Counted from the first letter of the stretch, positions 1 to 9,827 are shown. The stretch is 64,000 nt of DNA from Candidatus Thorarchaeota archaeon (GCA_004524445.1 SDNP01000011.1:16668-80667), one strand, 5' to 3'. Notes: generated by a model not told the origin, from the sequence alone. Made by a program: numbers and translations.

Positions 1-108
1 GAGCGCATGTTTGACGCAGGTGCTGCAAGGGTTTCAACATTACTGAGAATAGATGACAGGCGAGATAAGCCACGAGTGATGGAAGATAAGGTCGAGTCAA
101 TTTCATGA
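1..108 (+). CDS. 3' end of MTH1187-family thiamine-binding protein (partial)
   Basis: Frame 1 reads ERMFDAGAARVSTLLRIDDRRDKPRVMEDKVESIS*; RVSTLL.IDDRRDK...MEDKV is the typical C-terminus of this family. Confidence 0.8.
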   Translation, partial: ERMFDAGAARVSTLLRIDDRRDKPRVMEDKVESIS

Positions 109-176
109 ATAGAAAGATGATGTGCATTTCCTCTTTGGTAAATCCTTAATTTGTCTAACCTTTTCCAAAACTGCCT

Positions 177-1019
177 ATGTCCCAAAGGGAGTTCTCTCAA
201 GTGAATTGCCAGAAATATGACACCGTTGACGAATTCCAACAAGAGGTGCTGGAATGGTGGAACGAAAATTCCCGCCAACTCCCGTGGCGAGAAGATCCAA
301 CCCCCTACCATGTTCTCGTATCGGAGGTTATGCTTCAGCAGACACAGGTAAGCCGGGTTGTTCCAAAATACCTAGAGTTTCTTGAGAAGTTCCCAGATTT
401 CGAGTCACTCGCAAATGCGGATACTAGACACCTCTTACAGGTTTGGAGTGGACTTGGATATAATCGTCGTGCGCTTTGGTTAAGAAACGCGGCACAGGAG
501 ATTCTTAGGAGAGGAGAGTTTCCAAAGGAAGAAGAAGAGCTCAGAGAACTCAAGGGAATAGGGCATTATACGTCACGCTCAATACTCATTTTTGCCTTCA
601 ATAGAGATTTGGCGACAGTTGATACGAACATACGTAGGGTCCTGATATCCTCGGGTTTTGCCACAGAGGAGATGTCGAGGTCTGAGGTCCAAGATGTTGC
701 AGAAAGGCTTCTTCCCAAGGGAATGTCGAGAGACTGGCATAATGCTTTGATGGACTACGGTTCCCTAGTGCTCACATCGAATGCAACTGGAATTACTCCG
801 AAATCTACCCAATCGAGGTTCTCTGGATCATCAAGAGAGATTCGTGGAGTAGTGATTCAACTGATGATAGAAAATGATGAAATGACAGTGAATCAGCTTT
901 CCTCCGAAATTGAACAGCGAAACCTTGATAGCACTGAACTCATGGAGATAGTTGGTCAACTGGTGGAAGAGGGATTCCTTACGTATACGGACTCCGGAAC
1001 ACTATCAATTGCAGGCTAA
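177..1019 (+). CDS. mutY: MutY-like A/G-specific adenine glycosylase (HhH-GPD), no Fe-S cysteine motif, C-terminal wHTH-like region
   Basis: LPWR..PYHVLVSEVMLQQTQV, WSGLGYNRRA, LKGIGHYT (HhH), VDTNIRRV. Confidence 0.85.
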   Translation: MSQREFSQVNCQKYDTVDEFQQEVLEWWNENSRQLPWREDPTPYHVLVSEVMLQQTQVSRVVPKYLEFLEKFPDFESLANADTRHLLQVWSGLGYNRRALWLRNAAQEILRRGEFPKEEEELRELKGIGHYTSRSILIFAFNRDLATVDTNIRRVLISSGFATEEMSRSEVQDVAERLLPKGMSRDWHNALMDYGSLVLTSNATGITPKSTQSRFSGSSREIRGVVIQLMIENDEMTVNQLSSEIEQRNLDSTELMEIVGQLVEEGFLTYTDSGTLSIAG

Positions 1020-1167
1020 TTCATCTCTCGAATGCGATATCCATTTGATATCAGAGTTGAATAAAAACAATCCCAAAATGCGACAATCCCAACAGTATTA
1101 GGAGAATCGGAGAACACAATATTGGATTCCATATCATATCTCAAGAATAGAATGGGAAAGGAAAACC

Positions 1168-1374
1168 ATGTTTGAAGACTATAAGACGACCGATTTTGCA
1201 GTCTTTTGGATTGGTGGCATCATACTAATGACAATTGGCGTGCCAGGGATTCTACTTGGCATCATCTGGCATTATTTCATATTCGGACTGGGTCTCATAT
1301 TCCTTTTGCTCGGCCTCATTGGACAACGAAGAGCAGTAGACGAAAACACAGAATATGCACCCAAACCAGCCTGA
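1168..1374 (+). CDS. small 2-TM membrane protein
   Basis: Two hydrophobic segments; purine-rich upstream region. Confidence 0.6.
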   Translation: MFEDYKTTDFAVFWIGGIILMTIGVPGILLGIIWHYFIFGLGLIFLLLGLIGQRRAVDENTEYAPKPA

Positions 1375-1403
1375 TTATCGGGGTTCTCAATCATAGTATG
1401 GAG

Positions 1404-2015
1404 CTATTTATTCCGCTTTATTACAAAGACAGCCAAGGAAACTACCAGTAGAAAGCCGAAGAAAATAGCCATGATCGGATTAGCAAGAGTGGCCCCTATC
1501 AACAGTCCGTGTACATACGCGAAGAACAACGCGAGATAAATTAGCCCATGGAAATATCTCCAAGCCTTTCTAATACGCTGACGCAGGAATGCCGCAAGTA
1601 CTGCTATGTAGATGACGTAAATTGCCTGACGTCCCGCAAGAGACCAGAATGCGTACCAGGATGAAACATCAGGAATAAAGACGGTTAAGCTGGCGACATA
1701 TATGGCAAAGGTCACGGGATGTGCTGTGGCTAGGATCAGTCCGAGAGCTGCAAACGTATGATGGACAGTCATAAAGGGCCGGCTGAAATGGGTGCGGATT
1801 TCCCGCAGATACATCGAGAAAATTGAGGCGATGACTAGGGACACAAACCCTGACAGAGCAAAAATCCTAATGACCAATTCGAAGAGATTGTCATACGCAG
1901 TGAAAAATGGACCAATCACTGCAACGGAATAGGTGCCAATAATTGCTAGGATGCCCATTAATCCCCATCTTGAAAGACCTCCAATGTAGCGTTTTTCATC
2001 CTGAGAAGAAGCCAT
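1404..2015 (-). CDS. ferric-reductase-like transmembrane (heme b) domain protein
   Basis: About 6 TM; His pairs VHH...AHP and WRYFHGLIY...YVHG. Confidence 0.75.
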   Translation of the reverse strand: MASSQDEKRYIGGLSRWGLMGILAIIGTYSVAVIGPFFTAYDNLFELVIRIFALSGFVSLVIASIFSMYLREIRTHFSRPFMTVHHTFAALGLILATAHPVTFAIYVASLTVFIPDVSSWYAFWSLAGRQAIYVIYIAVLAAFLRQRIRKAWRYFHGLIYLALFFAYVHGLLIGATLANPIMAIFFGFLLVVSLAVFVIKRNK

Positions 2016-2088
2016 TTAATCACCTTATTGTATTGAAGCTTTTGCTATTTGACTGCGTGGACATATTTCAATTGTTTGGTATCGAAAC

Positions 2089-2940
2089 TCATGAATAGTA
2101 ATCCAGCAGAATCCCCAGAAGTCCAAGAAAGATGAAGATAATGAATGCCTTATTCTCCGAACATTCTCCTAGCGTGCTTTCATGGACACCTATACCTCCG
2201 AGGTATGATTTCCAGAATAGCTCAATTAATGTCACCGGCAGTGTAAAGACAATCTGAATCCATGATAGGGTAGCTATCTGATTTTCAAGGATAATCATTG
2301 CCAACTCAGGATTAGTGGTATCAATAGTGACTGTTGGAACGAACGTCCAAATGATGAAAATTCCTATCAGACTCATAAGCAAGCTTGGTGCATAAGAATA
2401 TCCCGTTACTGAGGCTGCATCCTCAAAATCCCACGAACTGCCACTGTCACACAACAGGTATGCAAGTAGACTCTTCACGAGCCAGCGAATAATCATTATG
2501 ATTGGTACTACAAGGAGCAAGAGCATTAAGATTGAATTCGCTGCAAACGCGATCTCTTGCTCATAGGGTCCAGTAAACTGGAGCTTTTGAAACATTATGG
2601 CGGCAGAGAATGTGCCCATAACAGCACTCAGGACAATGATAAAGACAACACCTACATAGTCAGGGGCAGACGCGATATTAGTCATAGCCTTGCGTGGGGA
2701 GGTGAAGACTTTTTGTAATCTCTTCCAGAACGGCCATTGCTCGTGGCGTTCAAATTTGCCTGTTAGATTCGTTTCGAAGCGTTCGGTTCTTTTCATAGAC
2801 TTTGTATCTTCAAATGATGATATTTCTGCGCCACAGCCTTTGCAGAACTTGTCACCTTGTCTTACAGGGTTGCCACAGATGTTGCATCTTCTTGCTGCAC
2901 CCGGCCTCTCATTCCACGAATGGGGGTGATTCATACCCAA
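2089..2940 (-). CDS. Zn-ribbon + Yip1-domain membrane protein
   Basis: CNICG...FCKGCG, then VFTSPRKAM, 5 TM and SVTGYSYAP typical of Yip1. Confidence 0.75.
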   Translation of the reverse strand: MGMNHPHSWNERPGAARRCNICGNPVRQGDKFCKGCGAEISSFEDTKSMKRTERFETNLTGKFERHEQWPFWKRLQKVFTSPRKAMTNIASAPDYVGVVFIIVLSAVMGTFSAAIMFQKLQFTGPYEQEIAFAANSILMLLLLVVPIIMIIRWLVKSLLAYLLCDSGSSWDFEDAASVTGYSYAPSLLMSLIGIFIIWTFVPTVTIDTTNPELAMIILENQIATLSWIQIVFTLPVTLIELFWKSYLGGIGVHESTLGECSENKAFIIFIFLGLLGILLDYYS

Positions 2941-3114
2941 TTCACCGTTCTTATCTTCTGTGTGCAGACTTTTTTGTTTTGCCCTTTTATGTGGAAATTG
3001 CAGAATCGTGGGAACCTATCATCGGAATCAGGGTAAGGTTCTGTTGAATCTCATAAATTTCGCAGGACCAGAGAGCTTTTCTTGATGACATCACACACCT
3101 TTGTGGGATGGCAA

Positions 3115-4215
3115 TTGAGTGAAACATTGATAGACCATGAACAACTGCGAGATTTTGTTATTGCCCTAATGAAGAAACTAGGGGCGCCGGAAGATACCTC
3201 GATATGTGTCGCTGATAATTTGGTTACATCCAATCTTCGAGGCATAGATTCGCATGGCGTGGGACGCTTGAAGCGATATGTAACGGGAATTCGAGAGGGA
3301 TATATTGTTCCAGACGCCAAAGTGGATACAGTCATTGAGAACGCTGTGTTAGCAAATGTCAATGGCAATCATGCTTTAGGCCAAGCTGTAGGAGTGTATA
3401 GCATGAGCCTAGCCATCCATAAAGCATTGTCTGAAGGCATTGGCGTGGTGACTGCATTCAATTCTAATCACTACGGATTTGCTGGGTACTACGCCATGAT
3501 GGCTCTTGACCAAGGTTTTATTGGAATTTCAATGACAAATTCTGAGCCACTAGTTGTACCGACATTTGGTAGGAATGCTAAGCTAGGTACGAATCCCATA
3601 GCAATGGCTGTACCAGCATCTGAAAACAATTCATGGGTGATGGATCAGGCAACTAGTGTGGTGCCAAGTGGCAAACTGCAAGTCTATGAGCGAGCTGGAG
3701 AAGAGATACCTGAGGGGTGGGCAACTGACGAAACTGGGCATAGTACAACTGATCCAACTAGGGTGCTGCAAAACCTGTATGGAGGTACTGGAGAAGGTGG
3801 GATTCTTCCACTCGGTGGTGAAGGTGAAATTCATGGAGGTCACAAGGGGTACGGATTTGCAACAATGGTGGATATTCTATGTGGAGTGCTCTCAGGAGCG
3901 AACTATGCTGATGATGTAGTTTGGTCGATTGACAACGGAATCAAGCATCCAAATGTAGGACACTTTTTCCTCGCGATGGATCCCTCCTTCTTTGGGGATT
4001 TGGAGAATTTCAAGAGTAGGATGGATGACATGATTGAGCGCCTTCATCAATCAGAGAAAGCAGACGGAGAAACGAGGATATTCGTTCATGGAGAGAAGGA
4101 GTTTGAAGAGCACGAACGAAGAGAGAAGACGGGCATTCCTCTGGATGCGAGAACCATTGAGAGCTTGGAGCAATTCGCCGAAGAATTCAACATTGATTTG
4201 GAGTTCAAGGAATGA
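3115..4215 (+). CDS. Ldh_2 family (malate/L-lactate/sulfolactate-type) dehydrogenase
   Basis: RGIDSHG, SNHYG, GTNPIA, GGHKGYG motifs; TTG start at 3115 likely (track start 3082). Confidence 0.9.
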   Translation: MSETLIDHEQLRDFVIALMKKLGAPEDTSICVADNLVTSNLRGIDSHGVGRLKRYVTGIREGYIVPDAKVDTVIENAVLANVNGNHALGQAVGVYSMSLAIHKALSEGIGVVTAFNSNHYGFAGYYAMMALDQGFIGISMTNSEPLVVPTFGRNAKLGTNPIAMAVPASENNSWVMDQATSVVPSGKLQVYERAGEEIPEGWATDETGHSTTDPTRVLQNLYGGTGEGGILPLGGEGEIHGGHKGYGFATMVDILCGVLSGANYADDVVWSIDNGIKHPNVGHFFLAMDPSFFGDLENFKSRMDDMIERLHQSEKADGETRIFVHGEKEFEEHERREKTGIPLDARTIESLEQFAEEFNIDLEFKE

Positions 4216-4239
4216 ACAGACATCTGGTTCTGGTCAGGA

Positions 4240-5121
4240 ATGCATTTGAATCGTCAAAATGAGGAGAAGACCATGAGCCGAGTTGCACTAGTAAGAACGA
4301 ATCAGAATCTTCGAGACTCGCTGCAAGATGTCATTCAGCTCAGTGAGGGATTTGGTGCTATCAAATCTCCGGTATTGATTAAACCAAACATTTGCACCAT
4401 ATCCGATGGCACGGGACATTCTGTTACAGACCCCGCTTTAGTGCAGAATCTAGTCGAGCTTCTTCTGTCACATGATGATAATCTAACAATCAAAATCGTT
4501 GAATCGGACAGCCAAAGCAAATATGCCGATGAGGCATACGAGAAGTTTGGGTATACGAATTTTGTAGGCAGGCTACGGAAGGATGGCGCCGATGTTCGAT
4601 TGGTGAATCTCAGCAAATCACAACTCAAAACCCTCACTTTCGAGGGGGCCTATTTCAATAATTCGAAACTACCCGCAGATATCATTGAGGAGCATCACTT
4701 CATTTCAGTGGCCGTAGCAAAGACTCACTATCTGACACAGATTACAGGTTCCTTGAAAAACCAATTCGGTCTTCTTCCTCAGAAAAATCAAGCATCATAT
4801 CATTCAGATATCAATGACATCATCTTGGACTTCAATGAAATAGTTCAGCCTAAACTCTGCATAATAGATGCCAGAGTGGCAGTTGAGGGTTGGAACGGTC
4901 CAAAGACGCACCAGATGGATTTACTGATAGCAGGCAAGAAGCCGGCCTCTGTAGACTCGGTAATGGCTCAGCTTATGGGACTGCAACCTCAAGATGTGGC
5001 CCATCTAGTGGCTGCTGCAAATCAAGGATTGGGAACACTACAGCCCGATACTGTTGGAGAGGACTTTGAGGCTTTTTCGGGAATATTCAATTCCTCAAAA
5101 TGGACAGGTGGGCTGACATGA
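4240..5121 (+). CDS. DUF362 domain protein
   Basis: VLIKPN...VTDP, AKTH...TGSLKNQFG, IIDA, D.V.A.LMG motifs. Confidence 0.85.
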   Translation: MHLNRQNEEKTMSRVALVRTNQNLRDSLQDVIQLSEGFGAIKSPVLIKPNICTISDGTGHSVTDPALVQNLVELLLSHDDNLTIKIVESDSQSKYADEAYEKFGYTNFVGRLRKDGADVRLVNLSKSQLKTLTFEGAYFNNSKLPADIIEEHHFISVAVAKTHYLTQITGSLKNQFGLLPQKNQASYHSDINDIILDFNEIVQPKLCIIDARVAVEGWNGPKTHQMDLLIAGKKPASVDSVMAQLMGLQPQDVAHLVAAANQGLGTLQPDTVGEDFEAFSGIFNSSKWTGGLT

Positions 5122-5292
5122 TTGTCGCTGGATTTGAAACCCTTCTGAGATTCTTCTCTGTCATGTTGGAAGCACACGCATAATCAGTCCCAACAAAAGG
5201 CCTGGGAAAAGCGTCAAGTTCACAATAGAATACCGAGTTCTTTGAAAGACAAGAAGGCATAATAATTCAAAAGGAATGAATGTACAGTTTAT

Positions 5293-5316
5293 GGGAGGGG
5301 ACCCGCCACCCCTCCC
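5293..5316 (-). terminator. GC-rich hairpin downstream of the small Lys-rich peptide gene
   Basis: gggagggg-N8-cccctccc inverted repeat. Confidence 0.45.
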
Positions 5317-5359
5317 TTGTTCTTGATTATCGCAAGGCACAGGAAGTCCAAGATTCTGG

Positions 5360-5425
5360 TTATTTCTTGGGTTTCTTCTCATTCTTCTTTTTCTGAGTCT
5401 TTGCTGGTTTCTTGTCCTTTGCCAT
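5360..5425 (-). CDS. 21-aa Lys-rich basic peptide MAKDKKPAKTQKKKNEKKPKK (not in ORF track)
   Basis: GAGGTGA SD 5 nt before the ATG; downstream hairpin. Confidence 0.6.
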   Translation of the reverse strand: MAKDKKPAKTQKKKNEKKPKK

Positions 5426-5684
5426 TTATTTCACCTCAACTGACGTTCAGAGGCCCTCCACTGTCAGCCAACCGGTACGACCTGCTCTATATGCAGATGC
5501 TTTGACCTAAGAAATTAGGACCTCACGCCCGTATTTTGAATATATTAGGTTAAAAACATATCTTGTAAAAATTACGGCGTTCATATCCCTTTATTTATAA
5601 TTTTGGGTCATCATAAAACCCATAACTACTGCGGTCTAATGAAAAATTTCGTAATGGTCGATTTCTGAAAAAAGAGAGATAAAA

Positions 5685-5706
5685 TCCTGCTCTGAACGGA
5701 GCAGGA
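5685..5706 (-). terminator. hairpin + T-tract after the DUF1059 gene
   Basis: tcctgctc-tgaacg-gagcagga, followed on the minus strand by ttttatctctctttttt. Confidence 0.6.
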
Positions 5707-5730
5707 CAAAACGGTTTTTCGCGTTTATGT

Positions 5731-5895
5731 CTATATTTTTTGAATCATCTTCTTTCTTTTCTGTAGCTCGTCTTCTGGCATCTCTTCTATGTCATGAGCT
5801 CTTGCACCATGCTTTTTTATCTGTTCAACTGTATCCTCCATTGTTTCGGCGGATATTACAGCATCGCACATCTGACACTTGAATTCGTATGGCAT
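5731..5895 (-). CDS. DUF1059-family small metal-binding protein (not in ORF track)
   Basis: MPYEFKCQMCDAVISAETMEDTVEQIKKHGARAHDIEEMPEDELQKRKKMIQKI: CxxC...H....H pattern. Confidence 0.8.
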   Translation of the reverse strand: MPYEFKCQMCDAVISAETMEDTVEQIKKHGARAHDIEEMPEDELQKRKKMIQKI

Positions 5896-6146
5896 CATCA
5901 TTCACTATTGTTATTTTATCGAGGGGGTTTTTAGTCCTTGGGAATCAATACGCGGATTCAAGTCAAGTTTGGGATAATACCTATTCAATGTGGAATAGAA
6001 TAGCAATAACCTACAGAGCACTACCACGGGCGATTCCGAGCAGATGTAGGACATTTCTTTTCTGCACAAATTTTCAACTCCGGAAACCATATACACAGTT
6101 TACTTATCTCCGGAAAAGCTCAATACAGAATTGGTGGACTGAAACG

Positions 6147-8393
6147 ATGCCTAGTTTAAGGCGAGAAGAGGCTAGAATCGTAGTTGGTATTTTAGTCATA
6201 ATGGGGTTCTCATATGTCTTCTTCATAAGTGATCCACCCTGGCAGACGCACGGCTCAGCTCTAGCATATCACTCTATCTTGGGATTCCTATCTGTTGTAG
6301 CAGTTGCATCAGCAACGAACAGAGTCATAATGGATCCTACTCCGGCTCATAGAGTGTTTCTTGCTGCAACAGGATTTCTTTCGATTGTACATCTTGGAGC
6401 GGCTTTGATACATATGATGCCCGTAACTGAAGCCGTTGCACATACTGAACCAAAGGGAATCTTCGTGGATATTGTGGAGATGGGCATTCTTGGCCTAATG
6501 CTGTTGGTAGCAGCCTATCTGAATAGCGAGCCACTGAAAGAAAGGCCATTATGGAACAAGAGAACCACAACCTTTGGGCTACTAGTCATTTCCTTGGGCG
6601 TATATGGTGCCGCTGCATTTGTATCGGAGCTCCCTGCCCTCTCGGTTTTTCTAGTTGGGGGCGGCATTTCTATCGGATTTTTGGCTTTAGTAGCATTTGT
6701 TCTCTCATGTTTCTTCGCTTTCAAGCGTCCTGCAGACAGTTCTTCTCATGATAGGAAGCGACTGATTGTTTCCTATCTCTTTTTCAGCCTATCAACAACC
6801 ATACTTCTATTGGTGCTACCGTTTCCCAATAGTCTTTGGTTGCTCACAATAATTCTTCAGGCAGGCGCACTCATCTTCATCCTTTTTGCAACTGGATATC
6901 CGTTTCTACTCGATGTTGGACTTCAGGAAAATGTGGCTTACTCCTTCCTCGTTGCACTTGCAGCTCTGGTAGTAACGCCTTTCATCCTCGCCCATCTAGT
7001 CGAAGCATGGTTACCTGTTTTGTCTTATGAGAATAGACCTCTCGGCCTCATTGCACATGCTTCGGCTGCAATGCTATCTGGAATAGCAGCTTATATTTTG
7101 ACAGAACGACTCAAGGATAAGACACCCTGGTATGACGGCCCAGCTATATTTGCGCTACTCTCATGGACAGTTTTAGAATCCATTGTTGTTGGCTTACGCA
7201 TATTTCAGCCAAATGATATTGTTATTGAGTCAGTGCTACCGTATCTGTTTGGAGGGGTCATTACTTCCGTTGCGCTATTAATTGCCATTCGCCGGACTCT
7301 CCAACCACCTCCCGAGGGAACGGCCCAAGAGCACTCGCATGTCAGACATGTTTCATTGCTGGGTATCATGATTGTGACTTTGTTGGTTGAAGGCACTCTA
7401 GTCATGAGTCCATCATTACATACGCAGGTACAGAACTCACCCATCATATTGGCACTTTTACTCGTTGTTGGTTACATTTCTGTCCTAGGGATTATCGTCT
7501 TTGGTATGTTGCGGACTGCACAGACCGGAGGAATATATTCAGTTGAAATCATAGCAGTAGGATCTCTAACACTCTGGGCGATTTCTCAAATATTGAGAGT
7601 CAACTTCTCGATTTTTACTGCCGGGTGGTGGGCTGCAGAACTCCTGCTATTCGTAGTCTTCTTATTCCTTCCCCCTCTGATCACTCAACTGTATGTTGAA
7701 AAGTACCATCTGGAGAAACGCTTGGAAACTGCTGCAAAAATCTATACGAATCTTCTAGTTGATAAGATTGACCACCACCATAGACAATCTTTGGATTCTC
7801 TCAGTGGAATACTAAGTCATGTGGGGCTCAAAGGCAAGGAGATGGAAGGGATTTCCAGGGCCATGACCGAGGTTTCCCGTGCAAATGACATAGCTCAAAG
7901 GTATGATACCATAGTCAAAGGTGGGGTACCCGATATTAAGGAAACGGGGACCATCGGTTTACATGATGCATTGCAGACTGCCTTCGAACAAGTGTGTCAG
8001 ATTCATCCTCATGTGCCAAAATTAATGCTAGGCGCCTGCTCAGGAGATTGTAAGGTATGGGGAGAGAAAATAGTTGTTGACCTATTCTACAATCTGCTGG
8101 AAGGGCTTCTAACGAGGATTCATGCGAATTCTATTTCTGCAAAGATCGAGAGATGCACATCTGATATGTGGTGTGCTACTATTCAGATAGGCATTGAATC
8201 TGATATTCAGGGTTCTTTGAGCCATCTTATCAGTCGATATCTGTTTCAAGTCAGAGAAAGCAATATTGAGTTTCTTCTGGTTAATGAATACATACGACTA
8301 CTAGGAGGGGATGTGGTTGTGGTCGATCCCAAGAAAGAAGACATCCATAATGCAATCATCATGACGGTAAGACTGCCAGCAGTCAATCCGTAA
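6147..8393 (+). CDS. multi-pass (~14 TM) membrane protein with degenerate histidine-kinase-like C-terminus
   Basis: Many TMs after MPSLRR (ATG 6147; track start 5889 overlaps the DUF1059 gene); C-terminus has DLFYNLL (N-box-like) and LLGGDVVV (G-box remnant). Confidence 0.7.
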   Translation: MPSLRREEARIVVGILVIMGFSYVFFISDPPWQTHGSALAYHSILGFLSVVAVASATNRVIMDPTPAHRVFLAATGFLSIVHLGAALIHMMPVTEAVAHTEPKGIFVDIVEMGILGLMLLVAAYLNSEPLKERPLWNKRTTTFGLLVISLGVYGAAAFVSELPALSVFLVGGGISIGFLALVAFVLSCFFAFKRPADSSSHDRKRLIVSYLFFSLSTTILLLVLPFPNSLWLLTIILQAGALIFILFATGYPFLLDVGLQENVAYSFLVALAALVVTPFILAHLVEAWLPVLSYENRPLGLIAHASAAMLSGIAAYILTERLKDKTPWYDGPAIFALLSWTVLESIVVGLRIFQPNDIVIESVLPYLFGGVITSVALLIAIRRTLQPPPEGTAQEHSHVRHVSLLGIMIVTLLVEGTLVMSPSLHTQVQNSPIILALLLVVGYISVLGIIVFGMLRTAQTGGIYSVEIIAVGSLTLWAISQILRVNFSIFTAGWWAAELLLFVVFLFLPPLITQLYVEKYHLEKRLETAAKIYTNLLVDKIDHHHRQSLDSLSGILSHVGLKGKEMEGISRAMTEVSRANDIAQRYDTIVKGGVPDIKETGTIGLHDALQTAFEQVCQIHPHVPKLMLGACSGDCKVWGEKIVVDLFYNLLEGLLTRIHANSISAKIERCTSDMWCATIQIGIESDIQGSLSHLISRYLFQVRESNIEFLLVNEYIRLLGGDVVVVDPKKEDIHNAIIMTVRLPAVNP

Positions 8394-8488
8394 GATGACA
8401 ACAAAAATTCGTGAAAAGTATTCATGGCCGGAATGCCATTTGGAAGATGTTATCAATATCCTTTGACAACGATTCAATGTAGATTACC

Positions 8489-8884
8489 ATGGTTAAAACT
8501 GATAAGGAATGGAAGAAAAAACTCACTCCCGAGCAATTCAAAGTCCTAAGACAATGTGGCACAGAGCCGCCATTTAGCGGGAAATATGTCCATCACAATG
8601 AGGAGGGAAAATATGTCTGTGCAGCTTGCGGGAATGAGCTGTTTTCTTCAGAAACAAAATTCAAGTCTGGAAGTGGTTGGCCTAGCTTTTGGGATAAAGT
8701 TGATGAAGATGCAGTTGAAACAAGAGTTGACACAAGTCATGGAATGAGAAGGACCGAGGTCATCTGTGCAAATTGCGGCGGTCATCTAGGACATATCTTC
8801 CAAGACGGCCCCCAGCCGACGGGGCTAAGATACTGTATAAACTCAGTCGCACTTGATTTCAAGAAAGAAGATACTGAGGAATAA
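8489..8884 (+). CDS. msrB: peptide-methionine (R)-S-oxide reductase
   Basis: [34 protein letters not shown], two CxxC. Confidence 0.97.
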   Translation: MVKTDKEWKKKLTPEQFKVLRQCGTEPPFSGKYVHHNEEGKYVCAACGNELFSSETKFKSGSGWPSFWDKVDEDAVETRVDTSHGMRRTEVICANCGGHLGHIFQDGPQPTGLRYCINSVALDFKKEDTEE

Positions 8885-8927
8885 TATCACAACGTAGTAT
8901 AGCATTTGTACTATATTCAGAGCTAAT

Positions 8928-9827
8928 GTGAAAGCCATGCGAATTGGATACGCCTGCATGAATAACTCCGTTGGATGCACATCCGCCAGCACATTCCGAC
9001 TATCTTCGTGGTCAGAAAACCGTTTCAAAGAGACCGTCAGACACAATCTTGCATGCTTAGGACGCATCTTGCAGTGGAATATCGAGAATGGCATCTACTT
9101 CTTTCGAATAACATCAGATCTTGTCCCTTTCGCAAGCCATCCAATTTGCTCGGTTGACTGGCAATCTGTTTTCTCTGAAGAATTCGCTCGGATAGGGAGA
9201 TTTCTTACTGACAATCGGATCAGGGTTTCTATGCATCCTGGTCAGTACACTGTCCTGAACTCAAACAGAGTGGATGTTGTGCAGCGGAGCATCCTGGAAC
9301 TTGAATACCATGCTGACGTATTGGACCTAATAAATCAAGGTACAGATGCCAAAATCGTTCTCCATGTTGGTGGAGTCTACGGAGATAAACCCAAGGCCAT
9401 AGATCGGTTTGTTCAAACCTACCAGAATCTATCCGATTCAATCCAATGCCGCTTGATTATTGAGAACGATGAGAGAAGCTACACGGTTCAAGACTGCCAT
9501 ACCATCTATGAGAGCACAGGAATCCCGATCGTGGTTGATAATCTACACCACGAGGCAAACAACTCGGGAGAGAGCTTCATTTCCGCTTTTGATATAGTAA
9601 AGGAAACTTGGAGGACAAAAGATGGTGTCCCCATCATCCACTACAGCTCTCAGGAATATGACGGACGACTAGGAAAACACGCGGAAGCAATTGATGCCCG
9701 GCATTTCAAATCCTTCCTTCATTCTCTAAGAAAATATGAGATAGATGTGATGCTGGAGGTCAAGGACAAAGAGAAGTCCGCAATCAAAGCCATGCAGATA
9801 GCCAAGCAGATAGAGAACTCAAGCTGA
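8928..9827 (+). CDS. uvsE: UV DNA damage endonuclease
   Basis: RIGYACMN, FFRITSDLVPFASHP, SMHPGQY, IENDE, HYSSQ, MLEVKDKE. Confidence 0.93.
   Translation: MKAMRIGYACMNNSVGCTSASTFRLSSWSENRFKETVRHNLACLGRILQWNIENGIYFFRITSDLVPFASHPICSVDWQSVFSEEFARIGRFLTDNRIRVSMHPGQYTVLNSNRVDVVQRSILELEYHADVLDLINQGTDAKIVLHVGGVYGDKPKAIDRFVQTYQNLSDSIQCRLIIENDERSYTVQDCHTIYESTGIPIVVDNLHHEANNSGESFISAFDIVKETWRTKDGVPIIHYSSQEYDGRLGKHAEAIDARHFKSFLHSLRKYEIDVMLEVKDKEKSAIKAMQIAKQIENSS

Noticed and set aside
5889-6146. N-terminal 86-aa extension of the 834-aa ORF
   Set aside because: Overlaps the start of the divergent DUF1059 gene and promoter DNA; ATG 6147 fits better
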